A stretch of DNA of 64,000 nucleotides from Lama guanicoe (lineage: Eukaryota). The notes below the pieces were generated by a model. It saw only the letters and a list, made by a program, of their open reading frames with translations. It searched no databases and had not been told where the DNA came from. Positions 37,601 to 45,838 of this stretch are shown here, in pieces. Position numbers and translations under genes: made by a program. Positions within the stretch are counted from its first letter, which is position 1; each line of letters starts with the position of its first letter. Location: contig MU053934.1 in the NCBI GenBank assembly GCA_013239625.1, positions 6,032,399 to 6,096,398 of the forward strand. Reading direction: 5' to 3'.

Positions 37601-40600
37601 ACTTAGCAGACAGGTGGGGCCACATCCCTGACTCCCTTCCAGTGCCTCCACTGACGTGACACGGGCGACTGACAGTCAGTGGGAGGGGCTGAGTGGGGCC
37701 TGGCACCCGCCTTTGCTCCTTCTGACTCCCCTTGGCTGTGCTCTGGCATGGATGATGGAGCCCAGTTCCTGGCGTCAGACAGGTCTGGGTCTAAATCCCA
37801 GCCTGGACAATGGCCTGTTTTATGTCCTCTGGCACTGTGACCTTTGGCTTCCTCATCTGTAAAGTCGACGATGATCACAATCTCCTAGAGTTTCTGTGAA
37901 GGTAATTAAGGCTCCCAGCCCAGAGGAGGTGCTCGATTATTACTCCTCTGGGTGCAGGACCAGCTCTGGGCCATTGAGCTAGGGAACCTGAGGTTCCCTA
38001 GCTTGCACCCCTCCTTGCAGCCTCATAGCTGGTGGAATCTGGTGCCCTCCTCCTATGGGCAGCTCCATCTTTGAGCTGTCCCCCAACTGAGGCCAGGGCA
38101 GTGGCATACGGCTGAGACTCACACCAGAACTGAGTGCAGGACCCCCACCTCTTCCCTCCTGTGCTGCTGTGTTCTGGAGACGGTTAATAGGGCAAGAGGC
38201 ACCCAAGGAGGAGCCCTACTAGGAATGGGGGGTAGGGGCTGCAGACTGCATCATCGTTGTCCCCGCCCCGCCAGGTGCCTGGTGCACATCGTCCGCTCCA
38301 CCTCCCTCAAGTACTCCAAGGTCCGCCAGTTCCAGGAGCACTTCCAGTTCGACGTGTGCCGCCACGAGGTGCGCTACGGCTGCCTGCGGGAGGACAGCTG
38401 CCACTTCGCCCACAGCTTCATCGAGCTCAAGGTTTGGCTGCTACAGCAGTACTCAGGTGAGGGGCAGAGGGCCGGGGGCCGCCCATGGCCGGCAGTGCAG
38501 GGGGCTTCTGCAGTTCAGAGGAGGGCAGTTACTTGGGGGGCGACTGCAGAGCAGCCACAGAGGATGCAACGGCTCTGCTCTCTGGGAGCTTCCAGGCTCT
38601 AAAGATCCTGGCTGTGTCCCTGTCCAGGCAGTGCCGGGGGACCACGCGCGGAGAAGGTGGGGAGGCAGAGCCCGGCCCTGTTCCGCCAGCTCCCAGGGTG
38701 GTCTGGTCTCAGCACTGCCCTCCCTGAGCCTCCACTGCTCCCCTGTGAGGTGGTGGCCATGATCTCTGCCTCAGAGCCCAGGAGGTTGAAAGCTGATCAC
38801 TCGCTCACTCACTTGCTCATCTGAGGGGGATTCATTGAGCACATGCTTTGTCAGGAGCTCGAGCGAGAACAAGGTCCCAGCTCCCAGAGCACTGGGGTCT
38901 GTATGTGAGGGCAAGGCAGACAGCCCAACAGGTAGGCAGTGGATCCTGTATTCTATCTGCTCCCAGAGGCACACTGTCCCCTGCTGTGTGTGATGATTTA
39001 TTTAGCAGCATGTGTGTGTGTGTGTAACAGAAAATAATGGTGCGTCTAACAATTGTTGTCTTCTTAGAGTTGACGACATAGGGTGACATAATTTCCGATG
39101 TGCCTCAGTGTCATGCGGAGAGTAAAGCAGAGCAATAGGATGGATAGGGACTTGGGGAGGGGGCGTCTTGGATAAGATGGTCTGGGAAGGCCTCTCCAAG
39201 GAGGTGGCATTTAAGCAAGGAAGGGCAGGGAGAGCTTGCAGGCAGAGGGAACAGCAAGGCTGCAGGCTCTGAGGCAGGAGCCATCTTAGTACAGAAGGGC
39301 CATCTGTGAGGCCAGAGCAGCTCAGGGCTGAGTTGGCGGGGAGCAGGTCTGGGGTCAGATGAGGCCTGAGAGGTGGGCAGGGACCCGAGCATGTAAAAGT
39401 CTCTAGATTGTTACTAGAAATGGTTGAGATTGTTCTAAATAGGATGTGCAGGATTTAGGGGGTGTAAGCAGATGGAGTTGTATGACCTGATCTATGTTTA
39501 TAAGAAGTCACTCTGGCTGCTGGATGGAGAACAGAGGGGCCAAGGGCAGATGGAGGGAGGCCCGGGAGGGTGGACTCAGGCCAGGGTGGCAGTGGTGGAG
39601 GTGGTAAGGGTGATCAGAAGTTGGGTGTTTTGATGGTGGAGCCAACAAGAGTTGTTGATGGACCAGATGTGAAGTAGGAGGTGAAGAACGACCTAAGTCG
39701 CCTCCAGAGGGGTTGCCATGTCTGAGGAGGGGGTGCTGCAGGAGGAGCAGGTTGGGAGTCTCACATCAGGGCTCCATGTGGCACGTGGGGTGTTTGAGAT
39801 TCCTGTTGGATTGCAAGTGGAGATGTGGAGCAGGCAGCCAGATGTGGGGGTGTGGAAGTTCATGGGCGAAGTCTGGGCTGGGATGTATATTTGAGAAGCA
39901 AGAAAGCACAGTAAGCCCCTGATGGCGAGTGGCCATGGCGGAGTGCCATCCGTGGGACCAGGTCGAAAATGAAATTAGGTCTGGGAAAGGGACCAGAAAG
40001 CCAGAGGGGGTTGGGAGGGGGCAGGCCTCATGGAAGAGGCTTTAAGCTGTACCTCAGAGGTGGGCTCAGCGTCAACAGTCAGATTGGGGGGGTCTGGGCC
40101 ACCAGGCTCGGGTGTTTGCCCTTTGTCGGCTGGCAGTGAAGAGCCCTGGCCCCTCAGTGAGCTGGTGAGCCAGGCTGGGCCAGGCACAGAGCCCTAAGAC
40201 GTGAGGACCCATTAAAAGAGACGGGGGCCAAGGAATGGTGCTGAGCAGCTGGCCCGAGAGACGGGGACACTGGCGGGAGTGCAGGGAGTCCCCCTGCCAG
40301 GCTGCAGAGCCAGCATCTTGCTCCTCCGTTCCCCACTCCTGGCTGCATGTCATCCTCTCTGTCCCTGTGAGGGCCTGGAGCAGGCCTCCGTTCCCAACTG
40401 CAGATGCCCTCATGGGCTCAGAGAAGATGAATGGTTTGTTTCCCTGCTCCCCACTCTTTCCGTGGCCTGACGGGGAGTGGTGCCCCTCCGCCTGGGCCTG
40501 GGGTGGCACCAGCACCTCACAGATCCCCTGCCTTTCTCCTCACCAAGCTCCAGGGATGCCCGTGTCTACTTCCCCCTCCCCAGGCATGACCCACGAAGAT

Positions 40601-43600
40601 ATTGTCCAGGAATCCAAGAAGTACTGGCAGCAGATGGAGGCCCACGCAGGGAAGGCCAGCAGCAGCTTGGTAAGAGCCCAGGTTGGCACTGGGGGTGGAA
40701 TCAGCCCCCACCAAGACCAACCCCCATCCGTTTACTTGGATATAATTTATTTACCAGAAAATTGTGAGACTAGGACAAAGGGTGTATACCCTTCTCTGGA
40801 TTCCCCAGATGCTAACATTTTACTGCTTCCCACACTCTGTCCTGTGTGTGTGTGTGTGTGTACATATATACGTACACATTTATTTACAGAAATTTAGACT
40901 TTTTGAACCATTAGAGAGTAAGTTGTAGATGTGATGTCCCATTACCCCTAAATACTTCAGTATGTATTTCCTATAAGTAAAGACACTGTCTTACATAATA
41001 ACCACGGTACAGTTGTTAGCATCACAACATTCACATTGGTGTCATTGTCCAGAGTATGGTGTACTATCATTCAGGTTTCGCTAATCCTCCCCAAATCCTG
41101 GCAGCGCACTGCTTTCATTGATTGTGTCTTTAATCTCTTTCCATCTAGAGCAGCTCCTCAGTCTTTCTTTGTCTTTCATGACTTTGACATTTTTGAAGAG
41201 CCCCTTGTTTTGTAAAAGGCCCGTCCACTTGGGATTGTCTGATGGGTCCTCAAACCACAGAGGTGACGTCTTGTTCTCGGTTCACACATTGGGAGGCACA
41301 TCTCTATCTGTCCCTTCATCAGCAATGACTTGGTACCTTGATTAAAGGCGCCTCCACTGTAAAGCTTTCTCTACTGTGAAATTATATTTTCCTCCCTTGT
41401 AATTAGTGAATGTCTTGTGGGGAGGTCCTTGGAGACCACATGAGTGTCCTGGTAGTCCTCAACCTTGTCACCCACTGCTGGTATCAGCCCCAGTCCTTCT
41501 TGCTCCTTGCCCTGGTCCCAAGGATGTGAGCTGGGGCCCTGGGGTGCTAGCAGGCAGGGAGACAGACTCAGAGCATGCTCGAGTCTTGCCCAGGCACATG
41601 GAGCGGAGTAGATCTCAGGTTCTCAGACACCTTCTCTAGAGCTCACTCTGCTCCCTCCCCACCCTGCACCTTCCCCCTCACCCTGGGTGGGTGTGAAGCT
41701 CACGGCAGCTGACCGAGCTGCCACTTACCAGGCCCTTGCTCTGTGCAGGGGGCCCCTGCTCTGTGCGGGCGGGGGGCCCCCTGCCATGCCTGATCCTAAC
41801 AGCCCCAGGGGGCAGGGGTCACTGTAACTTCCGATGACTTGGGGATAGAGGGGTGGCCTCAGGGCCTCATGCCATCCACACCTGAGGGATGACTCTGCCA
41901 CAGTGCCAGGCCCACCCACTAGCCACCTTGGGAGAAAGCTGGGCCCCTGGCCCCTCTTGAAGCCGCCTGGGTGTGGCAGGGAACCTGGGAGCAGGCAGGC
42001 TGGTGGTGGGGCAGGCCCGGGCCTGGCTGACAGGGCTGCCCGGCCCAGGGCCTTCCCTCTGTCTCCCTCCCTGCCTTGTTCTTGGTCCTTTTTTTCTCTC
42101 TCTCCTCTTCCTGGTTGCTCCTGTCCTCTGTCCCTCTTCTGTTCAGTCTTTGTCCTCACCCACTACGTGGTTTATTTTTGCTCCTGGCTAGGAGCCTGGC
42201 TGGGAAGCAGTGAGGGGCTCAGGCTGGACCTGCAGTGTTGTCTTCCAAAGAGAGAACAGCCTTCACACCCCCTAGCCCTCTGACCCCCTCTATCCCGCCC
42301 CGGGCTGCTGCAGGGGCCCAGGACCGATGCAGGCCTGGCTGCCCGGTGGTGCCGTGACCAGCTCCAGCCCTTCCTAGCTGCCAGGGGTCCCACCCTCCCC
42401 ACCCAAGGTGCCACTCTCAGTCTTGGCTCTGGAACAGGGCTTCTGCATGGGCCTGGCTGGGGCCCGGGCATGAGGCGTCTTGTTTGCCTGCTGTCAGAGG
42501 GCGGGGCCAGCAGCACTGTGAGGCCAAGGACAGGATGGCAAGGTAGTGCTGCTCGGGCCCGGTGCCATGGTGTAGCTGTGCTATCCTGCAGAGAAGCACA
42601 AACCCTGCCTCACGCCAGGTCCTCGGGCCACTCACCTGTGAGTGGGTTAGAAACGTCTCTGAGTCTCAGATTCTGCTCCGTCAAAGGGGAATGACCCCCC
42701 AGCCCCCAGGGCTATGGCAAGAAGCTGTGGAGACTGTGCAGCTGTGAGAAAGGAAGCTCGGGGGCCTGGCGTGGCTGCTCATTACAGCAGAGGCTAAGCC
42801 TCCAGACCCTACATACCTCACCTGTGAAATATTAATTTCATATTCATATCCTCTCATACTAATGTGAGAATCCAGGGGAACATCTAGAAATCGACAATGA
42901 TGCAGATAAACCTGCCTGTTGCAACACAGACTATGTCCCAGTTCCAAAGGCATGATTTTACCTTGTTGCTGGGATGTGTGTTATCGGGGGACCGAGCCGG
43001 GCCGCGAGTCTCCCAGTGCCAGGCCAGGGGCCAGTCAGCACCCAGCAAAGACAGAGCCCTTCCTGCTCAGAGCAGGCCCTGGGACAGGCAGTGCCGGGGA
43101 CACAGCGCTCCCTGGGGAGAAGGAGATGGCTGCCTGGGGGCAACCCCGCACCTGAGGCTCCAGGGAGGACGGGAGGCTCCAGCTAACAGGAGGCAAGGGG
43201 CTGGCCAGCACAGCTGGGTGAGGAGGTGGCAGGTGGCAGGAAACAAAGCTGGGTGGGCACTTTTTCCACCTCTCACCCCCGACCTTGCCCCAGGCAGGGG
43301 TGCAGAAGAGCCAGCCCTCCTGCCTACGAAGGAAGGGCTGAGGCAGAGGACGGGGAGCGAACATGGTGGGGCCTTAGAGAGGCTAGGGCTGCCCAAAAGT
43401 CTATCCCACCACCTGAGGCAGCTCCTCTGTCCCCTCCCCCTGCAGATGGCTTCCCACCAGGCCTGACCCTCACAACTAGATGAGTCGGTCGACCTGAGGT
43501 AGTTCAGGTACTACAGGAGGAGCTTATAAGAGGGGCAGCTGCCACTTAGGAGAGCTTCAAGGAAGGCTTCCTGAAGGAGGTGGTGCTCGAGCTGAGTTTT

Positions 43601-45838
43601 GAAAGTTTCTAGAACAAGCCTGATGAAGAATGGAGAAGGACATTCCAGGCAGAGGGAACAGCATGTGCAAAATCAGGGAGGTGTGAGGTCGCACTCCATG
43701 CCCAGGGAAACTCCAGCAGCTCCACGGAGCAGACCCACTGGGACTAGCCAGATAAGGCAGAGAGCATTTCATCAAGAGTCAGGAGCCTGTCCGAGGCCTG
43801 GCTCCTGCACTGAGAGGCCATGGGGCCTGGAGTTAAGAGGTCGCTTCCTACCAGTAAGTGGTAATAGACCGGCCCACCCCAAGGCTCTGGGTGGCACTCA
43901 TGCTCCCAGAAGTCACCTATGACAGACCCCAGGGCCTCAGCCTGGTGCCTTTGGCTTCACCAGCCCCTCTCCCCAACAGGGTGCCCCGCGGACCCATGGG
44001 CCTAGCACCTTTGACCTGCAGATGAAGTTCGTGTGTGGCCAGTGCTGGAGGAACGGACAGGTGGTGGAGCCTGACAAAGACCTCAAGTACTGCAGCGCCA
44101 AGGCCCGGCATTGGTGAGCCAGGCGCCAGGCAGGGGCATGGGCGGGGCAGGGGCCCACCCAAGCACCGTAAGTGAGGGCACTGGGCTCTCCATAGAAATC
44201 GCACAGCCCGCTCTGCCCTGAGCCCTCCCCAAACTGCCCCTGCTGTGTTCTGCAGCTGGACCAAGGAGCGGCGGGTCCTTCTGGTGATGTCCAAGGCCAA
44301 GCGGAAATGGGTGTCGGTGAGGCCACTGCCATCCATTCGTAACTTTCCACAGCAATACGATGTGAGTGCCAGGGCTGGGGAACAGTGGGACCTTGGGGAT
44401 GGGGGCCATGGTGTCCCGGGAGGGCTTGCCTGCTGGCTGGGGCAGTGACTCAGGTCAGTGGGTCTCAGCAGGCTCTCCCACACCCGCCCCACAGCTCTGC
44501 ATCCACGCGCAGAACGGCCGCAAGTGCCAGTATGTGGGGAACTGCTCCTTCGCACACAGCCCGGAGGAGAGGGACATGTGGACATTCATGAAGGAGAACA
44601 AGAGTGAGTGGGCAGGGAGGGGCCTGGTGGGGTCCCCCACTCATCGGCAGAGCCAAGAGCACCTGCTGAACCTGCTTTGCCACCCAGGCCCTGCCCGCTC
44701 TGGGTCTCCGGTTGACTGGGCAGCCCCAGGGGTCCTGTAGGGGCCATGGGACAGAGTGGATGGAGAGTCCCCTCTCACCAGGCACTCTGTCCCCTAATGC
44801 CCACCAGTCCTGGACATGCAGCAAACCTACGACATGTGGCTGAAGAGACATAACCCAGGGAAGCCGGGGGAAGGGACGCCCATCACTTCTCGGGAAGGGG
44901 AGAAGCAGATCCAGATGCCCACGGACTATGCCGACATCATGGTAACAGCCCCCACGCGCCTGGGGCCCTGGTCCGAGCCTGACCTGGAGGGCGGTCGGGA
45001 GGGGCCCACCCTCCCTGGGGGAAGTGGTCCTGGCAGGGGTGTGAGGAGCGGGCACCCACGGTGGCTGTGTCCCCAGATGGGCTACCACTGCTGGCTCTGC
45101 GGCAAGAACAGTAACAGCAAGAAGCAGTGGCAGCAGCACATCCAGTCCGAGAAGCACAAGGAGAAGGTCTTCACGTCCGACAGCGACGCCAGTGGCTGGG
45201 CCTACCGCTTCCCCATGGGCGAGTTCCGGCTCTGCGACAGGTGCCCTTGGGGAGGGCAGGGCTGGGCTGGGCACGGTGCATGGTGAAGGTGGAGGCCGTG
45301 GTGGGCTCTGGCTCTGCTTGGCCTGGGGATAGAATACACCGGTGATGTGTCCAGAAACAGCTGCTCTTGGATGCGAGAGCCGGGCGGGGCAGGGATGGGA
45401 CTGGAGGTGCGGACCCCGGCTCTGCAGTCCTGGGTCAGAGCCTTGAGAAGGCCGGGCTGGGCCCACTCTCACCAGGACTGAAAATGCACCAGGAAAGGCT
45501 TGGCCTGTGGGAGGTGGAGCGGGGCCCCCACTCCAGCAGCCGTGCGGGAAGGAGCACGGGGCTTGGGCAGTGAGCCTCCTGCCGCCCACAGGCTCCAGAA
45601 GGGCAAGGCCTGCCCGGACGGGGACAAGTGCCGCTGCGCCCACGGGCAGGAGGAGCTCAATGAGTGGCTGGACCGGCGGGAGGTGCTGAAGCAGAAGCTG
45701 GCCAAGGCCCGCAAGGACATGCTGCTGTGCCCGCGGGACGACGACTTTGGCAAATACAACTTCCTGCTGCAAGAGGACGGGAATGCCACCGGTGCCACCC
45801 TAGAAGCCCCTGCTGCTGCCACCGTCACCGGGGAGTAG
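18678..45838 (+). CDS. ZC3H7B: ZC3H7B (RoXaN): TPR repeats, LD motif, CCCH zinc fingers and a C2H2-type finger; spliced CDS of 22 coding exons, 2931 nt, 976 aa
   Basis: Hand-spliced exons give one open frame MERQRRKADIEKGLQFIQSTLPLKQEEYEAFLLKLVQ...APAAATVTGE*, matching the recalled human ZC3H7B sequence; all introns GT-AG with consistent phases; TEF lies downstream as in human synteny. Confidence 0.97.
19647..19688. repeat. (AC)21 microsatellite in ZC3H7B intron 2
   Basis: Perfect dinucleotide run. Confidence 0.97.
20175..20322 (-). mobile_element. vic-1-like tRNA SINE
   Basis: Same head and tail; TSD CTGCTCCTTTT (20164, 20327). Confidence 0.88.
21468..21501 (+). CDS. ZC3H7B: ZC3H7B exon 3 STLPLKQEEYE
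   Basis: tgtag| acceptor, GAG|gtgagt donor, 34 nt. Confidence 0.95.
21625..21822 (+). CDS. ZC3H7B: ZC3H7B exon 4 (TPR) AFLLKLVQ...ACYFTM
   Basis: cgcag| / ATG|gtgagc, 198 nt; within ORF 21607..21963. Confidence 0.96.
22704..22862 (+). CDS. ZC3H7B: ZC3H7B exon 5 (TPR) GLYEKALEDSEKAL...SLALPH
   Basis: ggcag| / CAC|gtgagt, 159 nt. Confidence 0.96.
25239..25319 (+). CDS. ZC3H7B: ZC3H7B exon 6 DESVTQLGQELAQKLGLRVRKAYKRPQ
   Basis: cccag| / CAG|gtaatg, 81 nt. Confidence 0.95.
26137..26193 (+). CDS. ZC3H7B: ZC3H7B exon 7 ELETFSLLSNGTAAGVADQ
   Basis: ggcag| / CAG|gtagga, 57 nt. Confidence 0.95.
27112..27450 (-). mobile_element. MLT1A-like solo LTR
   Basis: TGTCTTAGTCTGTTCAGGCT...CATTCAGACCATAGCA; near-TSD GTGAA/GTGAG. 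Confidence 0.8.
29313..29355 (+). CDS. ZC3H7B: ZC3H7B exon 8 GTSNGLGSIDDIET
   Basis: cacag| / CAG|gtagta, 43 nt. Confidence 0.93.
29653..29796 (-). mobile_element. vic-1-like tRNA SINE
   Basis: Same head and tail; imperfect TSD GGAAGGGTCACATT / GGAGGGGCCACATT. Confidence 0.85.
30090..30283 (+). CDS. ZC3H7B: ZC3H7B exon 9, includes LD motif LDTLLDSL (30260-30283)
   Basis: cacag| / CTG|gtgagc, 194 nt. Confidence 0.95.
30627..30948 (+). CDS. ZC3H7B: ZC3H7B exon 10 (Pro/Ser/Leu-rich) SLMQGGLPG...KPSSFM
   Basis: cacag| / TGG|gtgagt, 322 nt. Confidence 0.95.
31794..31852 (+). CDS. ZC3H7B: ZC3H7B exon 11 EETNSQDHRPPSGTQKPAPS
   Basis: cccag| / TCG|gtgagt, 59 nt. Confidence 0.94.
32617..32716 (+). 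CDS. ZC3H7B: ZC3H7B exon 12 PEPSMPNTALL...CQLCYPKT
   Basis: cacag| / CAG|gtaatg, 100 nt. Confidence 0.95.
34217..34378 (+). CDS. ZC3H7B: ZC3H7B exon 13 GPRAGDYTYREG...SYYLCK
   Basis: ggcag| / AAG|gtgggt, 162 nt. Confidence 0.96.
35968..36173 (+). CDS. ZC3H7B: ZC3H7B exon 14 DMINKQDCKYGDNCTFAYH...FTFLCE
   Basis: tgcag| / GAG|gtacct, 206 nt. Confidence 0.96.
37196..37296 (+). CDS. ZC3H7B: ZC3H7B exon 15 ICFDSKPRIISKG...HSFYNN
   Basis: ggcag| / CAA|gtgagt, 101 nt. Confidence 0.95.
38275..38456 (+). CDS. ZC3H7B: ZC3H7B exon 16 (CCCH finger CRHEVRYGCLREDSCHFAH)
   Basis: gccag| / CAG|gtgagg, 182 nt. Confidence 0.96.
38830..39900 (-). mobile_element. L2 remnant
   Basis: ggaaggcctctccaaggaggtggcattt, aagtcactctggctgctgg, gagatt...aagtggagatg motifs. 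Confidence 0.6.
40584..40669 (+). CDS. ZC3H7B: ZC3H7B exon 17 GMTHEDIVQESKKYWQQMEAHAGKASSSL
   Basis: cccag| / TTG|gtaaga, 86 nt. Confidence 0.95.
40740..41480 (-). mobile_element. Ancient L1 (L1MB/L1MC-type) 3' remnant with embedded (TG)9
   Basis: gaaccattagagagtaagttgtag...cccctaaatacttcagtatgtatttcct; AT-rich relative to flanks. Confidence 0.6.
43980..44113 (+). CDS. ZC3H7B: ZC3H7B exon 18 GAPRTHGPSTFDLQMKFVCGQC...KARH
   Basis: aacag| / TTG|gtgagc, 134 nt. Confidence 0.95.
44256..44361 (+). CDS. ZC3H7B: ZC3H7B exon 19 WTKERRVLLV...FPQQYD
   Basis: tgcag| / GAT|gtgagt, 106 nt. Confidence 0.95.
44495..44603 (+). CDS. ZC3H7B: ZC3H7B exon 20 (CCCH finger CIHAQNGRKCQYVGNCSFAH)
   Basis: cacag| / AGA|gtgagt, 109 nt. 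Confidence 0.96.
44808..44941 (+). CDS. ZC3H7B: ZC3H7B exon 21 ILDMQQTYDMWLK...YADIM
   Basis: accag| / ATG|gtaaca, 134 nt. Confidence 0.95.
45077..45240 (+). CDS. ZC3H7B: ZC3H7B exon 22 (C2H2-type finger CWLCGKNSNSKKQWQQHIQSEKH)
   Basis: cccag| / CAG|gtgccc, 164 nt. Confidence 0.95.
45592..45838 (+). CDS. ZC3H7B: ZC3H7B last exon, coding part (completes final CCCH finger; stop TAG 45836-45838)
   Basis: cacag| acceptor; LQKGKACPDGDKCRCAHGQEEL...TVTGE*. Confidence 0.96.

Noticed and set aside
44465..45772. 435-aa ORF on the - strand, the longest in the track
   Set aside because: Antisense shadow of GC-rich ZC3H7B exons 20-23 and their short introns; low-complexity translation with no recognisable domain
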